This document shows positions 13,886-28,442 of a stretch of 64,000 nucleotides of DNA, piece by piece. The DNA is taken from NCBI GenBank assembly GCA_951406725.2, contig OX597815.1:120342001-120406000 (forward strand), given 5' to 3'. Numbering within the stretch: position 1 is the stretch's first letter; each line of letters starts with the position of its first letter. Under the pieces are notes generated by a model, which saw nothing but the letters and a program-made list of their open reading frames with translations, was not told the origin of the DNA and ran no database searches. A program made the position numbers and the translations under genes. Source of the stretch: Octopus vulgaris. Lineage: Eukaryota.

Positions 13886-14359
13886 CGATATTTTCAAAGG
13901 GGATTGAAGTGGTATTGATACCATTTTCAAAAGTATTCGATGTCCTCGGTGTATTATGGTCGAGGAATTTGTGATGGCTGAAAGAGCTTAAAGAGCGGCA
14001 GGGGACGCAGGGGACGGAGATTTCAATCAGAATAACCGTTGGGCTGTGGGTTTGCTGGGGCACCGCATTGAAGAATTTTAGTCGACCGAATTGACCACCG
14101 TGCTTATAATTTTTTTTTTTAGTAGAACTTTCTTGAAGGAAATACTTCTCATAAAGCCATTATTGTGTTGTGTGGACATTCTTCAAGGAAATACTGTTCG
14201 TAAAGCCATGTGTTGTGTGGACATTCTTCCATGTTAATAGAGATCCCTTAAAAAATTTTTTTGGGGGAAAAGGACCAGCAGCTTCTGGATGTGCACTGCA
14301 CGAAGATATATTTACTTTCCGGGTAATAATCATAGCGGGTTTATGATTGTGTATAAAAG

Positions 14360-14422
<63 letters not shown>

Positions 14423-14726
14423 AGGGGGCTGGTTACCTACCTGCCTACCTACCTATCTACCTACCTACTTACCTACTTACCTACCTACCCACCTACCTAC
14501 TTACTTACCTACCTACCTACCTACCTACCAATCTACCTACTTATTAATCCATTGATCCATCCATCCATCCATCCATCCATCCATCCGTCCGTCCGTCCGT
14601 CCGTCCGTCCCTCACACCAACCATCCATTCATCTATCCATCAAACAAGCAAGCAATCTCTGCCTGTTGGTCAGTCACCTTCTTTTAAAACACTCACACGC
14701 ACTTACACACGCACACACGCACTTAC

Positions 14727-14797
<71 letters not shown>

Positions 14798-14975
14798 CGC
14801 GCACTAATACACACATGTGTCGTTCACACCTTCATTCATTTATTCATTCATACACACGACATGCGAAATCACTAAACAATTAAAATATTGTTAAAAAAGA
14901 AAACACGATGCACACATTTACAACCACGACCTGCTAGAAATAATAGCCAAATCTCAAATTACACGCTACCATCAT

Positions 14976-15057
<82 letters not shown>

Positions 15058-16490
15058 AAGAGAGATAGAGAGATTCTGAATAATGTGTCCCACCTGGATA
15101 AAATGAACAATATGTTCCAAGGCAGTACTCTTGGAAAGACGTGATGGTCATGGCTGGAATCCCTGATCATTGTTTTCTACCGCCAAAGCTGACCAGGGAC
15201 AAAACAACAACAGCAACAACAAGAAGCACACAATACATAGTATGTAGTGACTTACCGCTGACTTTAGGATATGTCCCATATTGTAGTAACAGATATAAAA
15301 GAACACATCTAATCTCGAATTGTAAACCGGGTTTGCGAAGAGATCTACTTCTTTGGTGTAAGAACCAGGTTTTCTTTAAAGTACTAAATTCGCATGCCAT
15401 ATTTTTTTTTCATTCTTGATAAAAATTTCTCCATTGATATTGCATATGATCGATCTGATGCAGTTTATTTGTGTAATATTTTATATATGAATGTTATTGT
15501 CTGTTCATCGTGGCTGGTTGTCCCACGGGCAACCTTCGTCGTTTTCTTTAAACCAAAATTTTCACCCAATATTTTTTAACCAAATATTTTCACGCTATTA
15601 GTTTATATGTTTTCATATGCTTTCACGTTGTTAATTTATATGCTTCAAGATCCAATGTTCCAAAGAATAATTATATGTGTGTGTGTTAGAATGATTTCAG
15701 TATTTACATTTTGTTTTTCAAAATTGAGATGACCAATCAATCGAAAATTCAAAATTCATACTATAGTATGAAGACCAGCTTGTAACAATACAGTTAATAA
15801 TACTGTTAATTTGTAATGTACTCCTATGATTTAAACTACCTTAAAAAGCGCGCTGGTATTACATATCTACAGGTATTTATATCTTCTACAGAATGTGTAA
15901 TAAATGTGTTGTGTTGTGAGTCTCGTTTATATCCTTAGTATTGACGGTTTTTTTTTCTGTTAGTTTAATAAATTCAGTCGGTATTGAGTAAATAAAGGAA
16001 GAAAATGTGTTACGATTGAATAAATTGTTGTAGGTGATAAGACATAACCGAATTAACATTATATGTAATTTTAGTGGGTTACTTATGTTGTTCATAGCAA
16101 CAACCAGAATTAATTGCAAAATTATAAGAAGCAGTGAGTGAGTGGAAGGGAGAGAACTATGTAAACAATACAATGAAAGGGAGAATCTGAAAGAAAGAAT
16201 TCTGTGCTTTGGGCAATGATGTGAGGAGGCCATTCAACGATATTGTGTAAAAATAAAAAGATATTTACTTTTAACAAAAATCCTATTTATGTTTACTATA
16301 TGTATGTGTATACATACATATATACATGCATTACAGAAGTTTATCATTTAAATATATATGAGCATGTCTAGATATGTAACTATATGCATGATAATACGTA
16401 CATACATACATACATACATACATACATACATACATACATACATACATACATACATACATACATACATACGTACGAACATACGTCAAAACA

Positions 16491-16547
<57 letters not shown>

Positions 16548-16931
16548 GACCATGTCCTTTAGTGGCTGACGATATGTACATCTCTGACCACGATGAGAAG
16601 TAGTGGGGGAGCATCATAGCCATGTGTTGAATGGAATTCTTGGAGGTTTGGATAATTCACCTTTGTAAACATAGGTGGTTCGTTCAACATTCTTAAACAA
16701 CCCTTATTCAGAGACCTTTTGAGCGGGATGGGCTACTTGACCAGAAGAAAATTCTTACACTTGCAAGGTCATGCGCTGTTTATCTTGATATGAGATCCCC
16801 ATGTCGCGCACATTTGGTTGTGATGCATGTGCCTGGTGTACCCTTATCAAACGGCTAGTCATGATGGGTATACTGGGCTTCGTGTATTTTACCCCAGTGT
16901 CACTTTGATGGTATGCGCTGCTCTCTCACTC

Positions 16932-16985
<54 letters not shown>

Positions 16986-17160
16986 CCTTTCTACTGGAAG
17001 CACAAGCCTTCAACTTTGGGGGAAAGGATTAAGTCGATTACATCGACCCCAGTGCTCAGCAAAGTCAACATCAGCAGAATTTAAACTCAGAACGTAACGA
17101 CACACGGTATACCGCTAAGCATTTCGCCCGACGTGCTAACTATTCTGCCAGCTCAACGCC

Positions 17161-17232
<72 letters not shown>

Positions 17233-18369
17233 TTAGGGAAATATTTGGCTCCTGACCGTTAGTTATTGATCAGATGCTAAATGTTTTTGAAACCAAACAT
17301 TCTCAGTCTGAATGGTTTCCAAGCAAATGACATATGGAACCTGTCAAACAAGTTTACGCAGAGCAACGGATTTACACATGTCAACAGGATGCTTTTATTG
17401 TTGAATCGTCAGACGACTATAAATAAGGAATAATCAATAATTAAGAAAGTGATAAAGCGGGCGGGAAAAAAATGTTGTTAAAGGGAAGTAATTGACATTA
17501 AATGCAGTAAACCTCTTGAGATTTACTCCCCTTGTTACATTATTATTACTGTTTCACCCTGAGGTAAAAAAAAAATCTTCCTTTATAATCAAATACAATT
17601 CCCAAGAAATTTTGTCAGAACTAAGACATATTTGTCTTGATTTTGAACTAAATACACAGAATAAAAAGACAGGAAATGGAAATTAGGTTCCTTAAAACAA
17701 TAAACACAACTTCTGATAGGTAACTAGTATTTACCCATTGCAATTCTGGAACTACTATTAAACTTGAATTAGACATACCGTCTTTTTACATCGCCGTACC
17801 ACCACCGCCACCACCACTCAAAAACACACTTATTTTCTAGAAAAAGGATCGAGTGAAATTCTATTTAACTTCAGGTTTGACTGTATGAATAAACTACTGA
17901 ATAGAATGTTGAAGTTTTAGTAGCGATTTTTAACACTGAAATACGGTCATAAATTTCCGTGGGAGAAACAGTCAATTAAATATATCCCAGTGTTTGACTG
18001 ATACGTACTTTATTAACTTCCTCAATCGGATGAGAACTTGGAATATCAAGAAACATACTTAAGTACAAAATCGATTGACCAGCAGCAAGCAGAAGAAAAT
18101 CGCTTTCATATCACACCCTCTTATATTAAAAAAGGAAAAATGCATTGGATTGGATAAGGTGGTCCTAATAAAATATACGCGTTGGTTACACTTGGAATGC
18201 TTTTGATTATTGTCCACTCGATCAGGACTAACCCGGGGTTAAATTTGGATAACAACTAAATATATTTTATCCGACAGACTAAGGATTCTATCACCCATCA
18301 ATTCAATAGTTTCAATATTCAGATTATAAGTATTACATAAAATGACCAATCACAAAATATAAAAAATTA

Positions 18370-19740
18370 AATTTGTCAAGGTCCTTGCAATTGCGAGGAC
18401 GATGATTGAGGAATTTGGTTGAAGGGGCTTTAGCGTTAACAGTTCCAAATGTGAGCTTTGGCTCCTCAACCATCCATCTTCACATCATCAGACTGTAAAG
18501 CTGTTTACAGACTTCTTCCCTATATCGCGCTTCCTCCATCATCATGGTGCTTGCGCTCTTGAAGTCCCAATTTCCAACCAAGCTTTCAAGATCATCTTTC
18601 AATCCAGTATGGCTAACCTTGAGCAACTTTTAAAAAATATTGAGGTAATTGAGCCCGTCAAGGTTTTTTTTATACTGAGGTATTAATTGTCGATTCCTAA
18701 GTTATTGTATTTTTTCAGAGTTAGTCCTTCTTATAGATACTCGTCGTCTCTCCAATACTTTGACGGCCAAATCTTTAGTAAACTTTAATGCTTGGTCAAT
18801 GTCAGACTCTCCCCAGAGTCCTGCGACCAGGCTGCTTTGTCCAAATGGTTTGGGAGTCTAGGTCTGCACAAGTGCTCGTCTCTGTCTCTTCCCTGTTTTA
18901 TTTCCTCTCCAACATGGACTAGTTCCAACAGGGAGATGAATGAAGGTCCGTTACAGTGGAGAGAGCCAGGTATGTCAGTTCCTGTTACAGGCGAGGATAG
19001 ACGGAAGCATAGAGTATGGGACAATCTGCGCTCAAGTGCCACTTTCAACTCTCTCTTCGATCAATTTTCAAGGCGTCGCCTACTTTCTGAAAGTGCAAAA
19101 TTCACGGGGGACTTGATTAATGCCCTGCCTGTGGCCAACATTGGTGGTCTACACAGCTTTGATGAGCTCTGCATCTCCTCTACACTCAATAGGGGACTGA
19201 GATGTCACTGTAATAGGCCCCACGGTTCCACAGGCCTTTACGATCTGGCTGCCGCCTTAATGCTGGTCGTTTCGCTCGTCACACCAAGTTCAACTTAATC
19301 ATTAAGCGGTCCCTGGCTCGGGTTAATATTTCCTCAGTTCTGGAGCTGACGGGATTATCCAGAAGTGATGGGAAGAGACCAGATGGTCTTACCCTTTGCT
19401 CCTGGGCAAAAAGTAGGTGCCCTATCGGGGATGTAACACTCTGTGAACCCTTTTTGTCCCTCTCACCTCCTGGATGCTACGGTAAATGGGAAGGTCACTG
19501 CTCCGTAGCTGAACGGAACAAACTCCTGAAGTATCGGGACCTATCTGTGAATTATCTCTTCCAGGCGTTTGAGATGTTTCGAGGGAATGGGCCGCTAACA
19601 GCGAAGTTCTTTGCACCGTTGGCAGCTCACCATTCCGAGATATCAAGTGATGTCCGTGAGGGTGCTTGGCTGTTCCAATGCCTTAACCTCGCCGTCGCCC
19701 GTGGTAATGCCACGAGTGTGTTGGCTTGTTACAGTAGGTT
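18370..19740 (+). pseudogene. CRE-like non-LTR retrotransposon 3' fragment (RT end plus restriction-like endonuclease)
   Basis: Near 19340-19440 reads GLSRSDGKRPDGLTL..W.....DVT, followed by FQCLNLAVARGNA; many stops and frameshifts. Confidence 0.75.
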
Positions 19741-19929
19741 CCGTTGTGTTGCGCGACCAGTTGAGGTACTTGGTGTTCCATTGACGTTTTCCCCTTTTTC
19801 TTTCTTTTCTGTTTTTCTTTTTTCTCTCTTTTTTCTTTTTTCTTTCTTTTTCTTTCCTTGTTTCTCTTCTTCCATTTTTTATTTTTGGATATTGGATAAA
19901 TGGATATAAGCACACCAACATTATATATA

Positions 19930-21202
19930 TTGGGTCATCCCATAAATAATGCAGTTCTTTTAATTGCATGAACTAAAAGTCGGAGGGGGACGGGATAAGC
20001 TGCCTGCATCAACTTGCTATAAAAGCAGGTAGTAATTTTACCTTGTACTTATTCTTAGTGCAAGTTTTGAAGAGTGCAGTTCGATTTTAACAATTATTTT
20101 TTCAAAGCTATAATGGAAATGAAAAAGTAGCATATTCAGCATATTTTGCTTTACCAGTTCAGTAAAGACAACAACGCAATGGAAAGTGCAAGGAATATTA
20201 ATGCAGTATATGGGGATTAGACAATAAGTGTAAACCAGTGTCAACGGTGGTTCCAGATATTCCGAACCGGAAACTACAGCCTAGAAGACGAACCTCGTCC
20301 TGGAAGATCTGTAGAGCACGACAAGGACGTCCTGCAAACCCTGGTGGAATAAAATCTCATCGTAACTGTTGAGGAACTAGCTGAGAAACTTGGATTTGGT
20401 CATTCAACTATTCGTCGACGCCTGTGTGCTATCGAAAAAGTTAGCAAATTGGGTAAATGGGATCCTCACAGATTTTTCGAGTCTAATCGCGCGCAGAGAG
20501 TGAATGTGTACTCTTCTTTACTGTCACGTCTCACGAATGAACCTTTTTTTCGAGCCGAATAGTGACTGATGACGAGAAATAGGCTCTCTATAAAAATGTC
20601 AGCGCTGAAGACAGTGGATAGGGAAAGGAGAAACACCGACACCCCAGGCTAAAGAAGGTCTTCACCCACGTAAGGTGTTGTTATCTGTTTGGTGGGATAT
20701 GAAAAGTTTAGTCCACTCTGAACTTTTAAACCCAAACCAAACGATAACAAAAGAGATTTACTGCGAGCAGCTTGAGCGGCTTAAGTCGGCGCTAGAAGAA
20801 AAACGATCATCTTTGGTTTCAAGACGAAAGGTGTTCTTCCATCAGGATAATGCTCGGACACATACAGCACAGAAGACATTCCAAAGGCTGGAGCAGTTTG
20901 AATGGGAAACGATGCCCCACCAATCACATTCGCCTGACATTGCCCCGTCTGATTATCATTTATTCTGCAGTCTTCAAAATCAGTTGAATTCTGTAGACAA
21001 GGTCAGAACAGTATTGGCAGAGTATTTTTCGTCATGGACAAGTGAATTTTGGAAGAGGGTCTTTGCAACTTTACCAGATAGATGGAAGAACATAGCAGAA
21101 AATGAAGGAGAGCTTATTGTAGATTAAAAAAGAATTTTGTTTATCTTAATTTTGAAAAATAAAAGAAGTATAAAATACCGCATTATTTATGGGATGACCC
21201 AA
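19930..21202 (+). mobile_element. Near full-length mariner element, transposase pseudogene
   Basis: TIRs TTGGGTCATCCCATAAATAATGC, TA flanks; LLSVWWD, HQDNAR, HSPDIAPSDYHLF. Confidence 0.93.
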
Positions 21203-21341
21203 TACTTTTAAATTGATATTAATTTGCTTCGATGTTGTTATTCAAGCGGAAAAATTCTGAACGACACCAGGAATTTGACACTGTCGTGCGTTCGCAAGTG
21301 ATTTTTGTTATGAAATATATGATTCATCTAGTCTAAATTGT

Positions 21342-21632
21342 TGTGCAGTGTTTGGGGAGAGTAATTTTGTCTTTATGCCTTATTAACTAACAAACTCACC
21401 GGTTCGATTTCCATTCAATTAATTTATATATTTTCTCTTTCAGAATTTTCGCTGCTTCTTGCAACCTTCTCAATAGATGTTGAGAGTCAATAACTGTTGA
21501 GAAGGTTGTAAGAAGCAACGAAAACTCCGGAAGAGAAAAGATAAATATATGTGTTAATTGAATGGAAATCGAACCGGTGAGTGTGTTTGTTAATAGGGCG
21601 AAAAGACAAAATGATTCTCCCCAGACACAGCA
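21342..21632. repeat. Palindromic MITE-like element, copy 1
   Basis: About 135-bp imperfect arms around gatgttgagagtcaata. Confidence 0.85.
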
Positions 21633-21748
21633 AAATTTGCTTCAAAACCCGAATTCACATAAAGACTCTTGCAAACTAGATATAAAAACGCAGTAAATTT
21701 ATTGTTTCGTTGCAAGATTCTTTATGTGAGTTTGTGTGTTGAAGCATA

Positions 21749-22018
21749 TACTGTTGTGTCTGGGGAGAGTCATTCTCTTTTAGCGCCTTATAACTTAACA
21801 CACCCACCAGTAAAATTTCCACTTATTTTCTTTATTTTTCTAAAATTTTCGTTGCGTCTTGCAACCTTTTCAAAACTAGAGTCAAAACTACTGAAAAGGT
21901 TGCAAGGCACAACGAAAATTTTAACAAAATAAAGAAGGAAATAAGTGGAAATTTTACTAGTGAGTGTATCAAATTATAAGGCGCTAAAAGAGAATGACTT
22001 TCGCCAGACACAACAGTA
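21749..22018. repeat. Palindromic MITE-like element, copy 2 (same family)
   Basis: TACTGTTGTGTCTGG...CCAGACACAACAGTA termini; centre aaactagagtcaaaac. Confidence 0.85.
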
Positions 22019-22819
22019 AATTAATTGTATTACCCTTAAAACTTTATACAAGGGAGGTAACTTTAAAAACGTCTAAGGGACATAATTACTACATTCTTAT
22101 GAGTACGCCAATTTAATGAGTGAGCATTGACGGAATGAATGAATGAATGAATGAATGAATGAATAAAAAAGGTTGCATGCAGTATTTCTGCCCGCTCGTC
22201 ATATTGTAAGTTTAAATGCTGTCTTTCATCCTTTTCTAGAATCCTTATAATGTATTAGTCGAAGTAATCGTCTAACTCTCCACCATTTCAAAATTACTGG
22301 CCTTGGGCCTACACCAGAATCCATTAATACGCTAAAACATTAAAAAAAAAACATAAATATACAAATATGAAGTGAGGGCAAAATTTATAATCATAGATTA
22401 TTAACCTTATTTAATTTCTTTTTCTTTTTTATTTTCATGAGCACCAACCTTCAGTCATATCTTGGTTTTATGCTGAGCTCACTAGCGAAGCTTAACCTTC
22501 TCTCTGCTTATGAAAGTAGAGACACAACAATACCTTTCGGAGATGAAAAATTTAGTTTTATAGTGTCTGAATAATTCAGAAACTACTTCCACATTTTAAA
22601 CAAAGTAATTGTAAGTAAATGTAAAATTTAGTTAAAGTATGCTTCAAGAATGCCGGCTCTTTAAGAATGAGTTTATCTCGCTTTCTGAGGCGCTTAAGCG
22701 ACTGAGAATACAAGACTCACTAGATCCTGGACAAATGAGTTTTGTAGGGTTAATCCCATCCAGCTGCTGATATTTGTTTTCAGTCGGATGGATAGAAGCA
22801 ACATGAAATGAAATTTCTT

Positions 22820-23200
22820 GTTCAAGGACTCAGCACATCGCTTGGACCACATATCCTGCCCGCACGCAATTTATGATAAGTTATTGGGTCGATCTTTCTG
22901 TAACAAGTTGAAAAGTTTGTCCCACTATATTTCTGTCTGTCTCTGTCTGCTCTCTCTTTTTCCCATCTGTACAACTGTTCTTCAGTATTCAAAACTGTTC
23001 TTCTAAGAAAACTTAGCCTTGCATAAAGTTTTCTTGTGCTTTTTGTTAGTTCAAGGACTTCAACGTTTGTTACTTCATCTATATACGATCTCTTCAGCAC
23101 TCGTCCAAGGGACCACGTATCTATAGCATTAACAAACTTCTTTGCACTTGCTTGTTGTTGTTCAAATTCACTGAACTGTCTGTAATGATGATTTCTATGT
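22820..23200 (-). pseudogene. RTE-like LINE 3' fragment
   Basis: MLKRSYIDEVTNVEVL resembles the RTE C-terminal ILRISW.D.VTNEEVL motif. Confidence 0.55.
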
Positions 23201-23624
23201 ATGTCTCTAGAACTCTTTTCCCTATAGTGAATTTATTTGACAGTAATATATTTGATATTATCAAAAGCAGCTCTGAGCTGTCCAGACATTGACGGAATAC
23301 CTTTGTTGTTTTTCAAATCTGATGTAATAATTGTTAACACTGACAATAAATCGCTATCAATTTGACATGAACTGGTACGACTTGTCTGTAGTGTAGTAGT
23401 GTAATACGCCGGGATAGAGGTAGACGTGTGAGGATGAAATTAAGAAACATATTACATAGTCATGTGAATGAGATCCTATGAATTTTCATATACAACACAG
23501 CTGTCAGTGTGCAGCCAATGTCCTAATCCCGATACTGTCGTATATTATTTATAACTGACTTTAATTTCCTTCACCTACTACCGTCTTAGGACGTGTGTGT
23601 ATTGGATAGTTTCACAGGGGCCTC

Positions 23625-24352
23625 ACAAGCCCAGAGACCCAATTTTGATCTATATCTACTGTGGCTTGCTGTCAGTAAATAAATACTATAGAGCTCAGTG
23701 TATTGATTTGTCTGCAGTTCTCTCAGGCTTAGGCACTTAATTCCTGATCTATTCGTGCTGTGGTTTGCCGTCAATGAATAAATATTACAGGGTTCAATGC
23801 GATGATTTGCCCGCGAGCCTCTCTAACCTCTCAGGCTTAGGGACCCAATTCTGATCTATCTATACTGTGGCTTGCGGTCAATGAATAAATATTACAGGGC
23901 TCAATTCATCGATTTGCCCGCGGGCTTCTCTGACCTCTCATGCTTAGGGACCCAATTCTGATCTATCTATACTGTGGCTTGCCGTCAATGAATAAATATT
24001 ACAGGGCTCAATTCATCGATTTGCCCGCGGGCCTCTCTGACCTCTCATGCTTAGGGACCCAATTCTGATCTATCTATACTGTGGCTTGCCGTCAATGAAT
24101 AAATATTACAGGGTTCAATGCGATGATTTGCTCGTGGGCCTCTCTGACATCTCAGGCTTAGGGACCCAATTCTGATCTATCTATACTGTGGCTTGCCGTC
24201 AATGAATAAATATTACAGGGTTCAATGCGATGATTTGCCCGCGGGCCTCTCTGACCTCTCAGGCTTAGGGACCCAATTCTGATCTATCTATACTGTGGCT
24301 TGCCGTCAATGAACAAATACTACAGGGGCCCGGTACATTGATTTGTCCGGGA
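23625..24352. repeat. 107-bp tandem repeat, about 6.5 units
   Basis: cttagggacccaattc recurs at 23836, 23943, 24050, 24157 and 24264. Confidence 0.95.
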
Positions 24353-24772
24353 GCCTATACTGAATTTTGATGGGAAGTTTTAATTTAGATCGTTTTAAAT
24401 ATGAATATCACAGAACCAGGAGTGGTGTAGGATAGCGAAATGGGATGATTGGGCGCAGCAGTTTGGACGCCGGCAATTTGGCACGGTTGACTGGAGACTC
24501 AACCTGTTTTGGCGACAGTTAAGCAAACAAAACGCGCATTAGAGGGCGGAAGTATGCTTTGTGGCATTTTTTCTAACCCTTTTAATTCTGAGTTCAAATC
24601 CTGCCGAGATCAACTTTATCGTTCACCTTTCCGACGAGTCGATAAAATAACATACCAGATGGTGTCGGCTAACCACTTTCCTTGAAAACTGATGGCTTGC
24701 CCCTAATTTAGAAACCACCACTACCCTCCTCCTCCTCCTCCTCCTCCCTCCTCCTCCTCCTCCTCCTCCTCC

Positions 24773-24835
<63 letters not shown>

Positions 24836-25994
24836 CCACCACCACCACCACCACCACCACCATCATCGTCGTTATCATCATTATCATCATCGTCGTCGTC
24901 GTCGTAGTGCAGAGACAGTGGATTAGCAGTATTGTGACCGAGGAAGTCATTGGGGGGATAGAATGAAGAAAGAATGGGGGAGATACGACCAAGCCCCTAA
25001 ATTACACCACAATAGATGAAATGTAAATCGTGATGCGTACACTCTCCACAAGATGATTGAGAAATGGAATCCTTAGGCGACAACTTGGTTTCAAGATTTA
25101 CATTCCTAACAAGACTGCAGGCTTTGTTGATGTCAAGGGTAACACCAATGTTCTCACCGAAATACTCAATGTAGAAAATCATTATTAAGAAAGGAAAGAA
25201 ACTTAATTTGACCAAATAGGTGGAGTTATTTATGATTGCTTCCATCAGTCTTCTGATGATAGGTGCAGGCATAGTCGTGTAATTGGCCTCCACGGGTGGC
25301 TGCGGAGGTCATGGAGGAAAATTATTTCTACAGGGTGATGAATTCCTTTACTAAGGAAGAATATAATTATCTTTTATGGGACCCCGGCTTGCGACTGCAG
25401 GCTTGCCTACAGGTGGCAAGAGACTTAATCGGGGAGGCAGAGTAAGAGGTCTTAGCGCCTCGATTCGAACTTGGAGATTGTAAGAGGCTTAGCACCTCAA
25501 GTTGGATATTTTCTGAACTTTTTTTGATCGGTAAGAGGATCAGCGCCTCAATTTGTAATTATTGTAAGAGGTTCAACACCTCATTTGTGTTTTTTTTTAA
25601 AAAGAACAATGTTACCGGGAAGTAACAATCGGCGGGCGTTGGCTGCTTCCTCCACCAACCATCTCTTTTTTCATTCCATCATTATCATTGTGTCTGTGTC
25701 CAGCCCGCAAAGCTTCATCTGTATTAAGCTTTTATGGCAAATGTAATGAAATAAAGAAGCCTCTTACTAACCACATGGTTCCAGGTTCAGTCCCACTGCG
25801 TATCACCTTGGGTAAGTGTCTTCTACTATAGCATGAGGCCGACTAAAGCCATGTGAGTGGATTTGGTTGACGGAAACTGAAAGAAGCCTCTAAGATATAT
25901 ATGCGCGCGCGCGCGTGCGTATGAGCGTGTGTCTGTGTGTCTGCGTCTGTGTTTGTTTCCCACGACGGCTTGACAACCGGTATTGGTGTGGTTA

Positions 25995-26223
25995 AGGTGG
26001 CGAGCTGGCAGAAACGTTAGCACGTCGGGCGAAATGCTTAGCGGTATTTCGTCTGCGTTACGTTGTGAGTTCAAATTCCACCGAGGTTGACTTGCCTTTC
26101 ATCCTTTCGGGGTCGATAAATTAAGTACCAGTTACACACTGGGGTCGATGTAATCGACTTAATACCTATGTATGTCCTTGTTTGTCCCCTCTGTGTTTAG
26201 CCCTTGTGGGTAATAAAGAAATA
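25995..26223 (+). mobile_element. SINE S1 inserted in an S2 copy
   Basis: 16-bp TSD ggtattggtgtggtta at 25979 and 26224. Confidence 0.85.
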
Positions 26224-27071
26224 GGTATTGGTGTGGTTACGTCCCGATAACTTAGCGATTCGGCAAAAGATAGAATAAGCCCGAGATAAAATAAGTACCA
26301 GGCTTTAAAAATTTACGTGAGCATTGGGGTCGATTCATTCGACTAAAAGTTCTTCAAGGCGTTACTCCAGCTTGGTCGCAGTCCAGTGACTGAATCAAAT
26401 AAAAGATAACAGAAAAAAAGGTAAGAGATAGAAATAGTGACAATTCGGTAGCAGGCAGGAATGCAGGACTGTTGTGTTTCTATAGAGAAAAGGTCAACGC
26501 GAAAGGGAAAGAGCTAACCCAAAAAGCTCCTTAATTGAAAATGATACAGGAAACCCCATCATGATTGGCTACTTTGTTGGGTTGGTTGATGGGAAAAGTT
26601 TTTCCCATCGCATTTGCATTGAACTTATTGAGTGTAATGAGTTCAAAGAGTGATGAGTTATATAGATGTTCTCAGTGCAGCATGAGGTATAACGAGAAAT
26701 TTCGAAGAGCGGTTAATGACAGGGGATAAACTTAGAGGTCTGAAGAAGCGGGAAATTTCATCAGCAAAATACCAAGTCTTTCTAGTTGGATATATACACA
26801 CGTGAGAGAAGCAAAATGTGGGAGAATAGATTCTTTATAGGTGCAGACATCACTTTCCAAAAATAAACTGCAATAATAACGAATGTAGTCGAGAGAGTAG
26901 ATGTATGTTAGGGGCAGAGGAATATTGATTTGTTTCAAAGAAGTTTAAAATGTGTGGTTCGCATGTTTGTAGAAGTGGTATGTTACATCAAGGGTGAACT
27001 GATATAAGAGGGATGGACGGATATTGGTGAAATGAGATTTTTCCAGCAGATTGTGTCGTTGCTGTTACTGA

Positions 27072-27158
<87 letters not shown>

Positions 27159-27385
27159 CGTGCGTGTGCGTGTGTGTGTGTGTGTGTTTAACTGTTTGAA
27201 GAAGGTAAGGCAACTACTGTTTAAATATTTATCGTCTAATTAGCAAATCAGGTATTTCGAAAGATTTTACAGCAGAATAAAGATAGTAAGGTGAATGGAC
27301 ACATACGTACACGCACACACATGCACACATATATACACAAACAGACATATACACACATACATATACATACATACAGGCACATACT

Positions 27386-27454
<69 letters not shown>

Positions 27455-27849
27455 ATATGTATATGTGAGTATTTCTCAAATGTATACCTTTTGACATGAC
27501 GGATTTTTCAACCACAGCCAGTGCAATTGAATAAACTGTCATACAAAACGTGTATGCGTGTGTGTGTGTGTATGTTTGTGTGTCTGCATTTGTCCCCCCC
27601 AACATTGCTTGACAACCGATGCCGGTGTGTTTACATCCCCGTAACTTAGCGGTTCGGCAAAAGAGACCGATAGAATAAGTACTAGGCTTACAAAGAATAA
27701 GTCCTGGGGTCGATTTGCTCGACTAAAGGCGGTGCTCCAGCATGGCCACAGTCACATGACTGAAACAAGTAAAAGAGTAAAAGAGATATGTTTGTATGTG
27801 AGTGAGTGTGTGTGTGCGCGCGCGCGCGTGTTTGTGTGTGTGTGTGTGT

Positions 27850-27881
<32 letters not shown>

Positions 27882-28442
27882 TTGTTTTCCACGTTCCACA
27901 AAACACAATACTCGCTCTGCTCCAACATAAAACAATATTTCCTTAATAATGGTTTATTTCAATGATTTTGATTATCGCTATCTTCTTTCTAAAGCAACAG
28001 CTACATAACTAAAACATGTTTGATCGTGTTTTGCTGCGTATTCAGCTAATATAATGTTTTCAACTCGCTTCAGTTTTTCACGGTTCTTTTATGAAAAAAA
28101 AAATCCTCTTTGGGACAACAATAGTGTGCTATCTCATAAATTAATAGAAAATTAATTAACGGTACTATTAAATTAAGTTTCTATGTGGGGAAGTGAAAGA
28201 AGAGGCAGTTGGATGGTATGGATTATAACCATTTTCTTTTATTTATTGATGGATTGTATCACTGCATATATAACCGAGTTATTACACAGCCGAGTCAGCG
28301 GTGTAGGAAGTATGTGTCTGAAAGGATAAATAGAATAGGTCGTTATGGACGAAGGCATGGCTGTATTGTTAAGATTACTTATCAACCTCGTGGTTCAGTC
28401 CCACTGCACGAGACCTTGAGCCTTCTACTATAGCCCTGGGCC

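Noticed and set aside
15840-15885. Possible 46-nt minus-strand exon
   Set aside because: Weak donor and no support without transcript data
17779-17836. Possible minus-strand exon (NKCVFEWWWRWWYGDVKR) with AG/GT ends
   Set aside because: Largely a degenerate (GGT)n tract; no phase-compatible partner exon or recognisable homology
25442-25582. CRISPR-like repeat/spacer look
   Set aside because: Eukaryotic context, degenerate 19-20 bp repeats, irregular spacers, no cas genes
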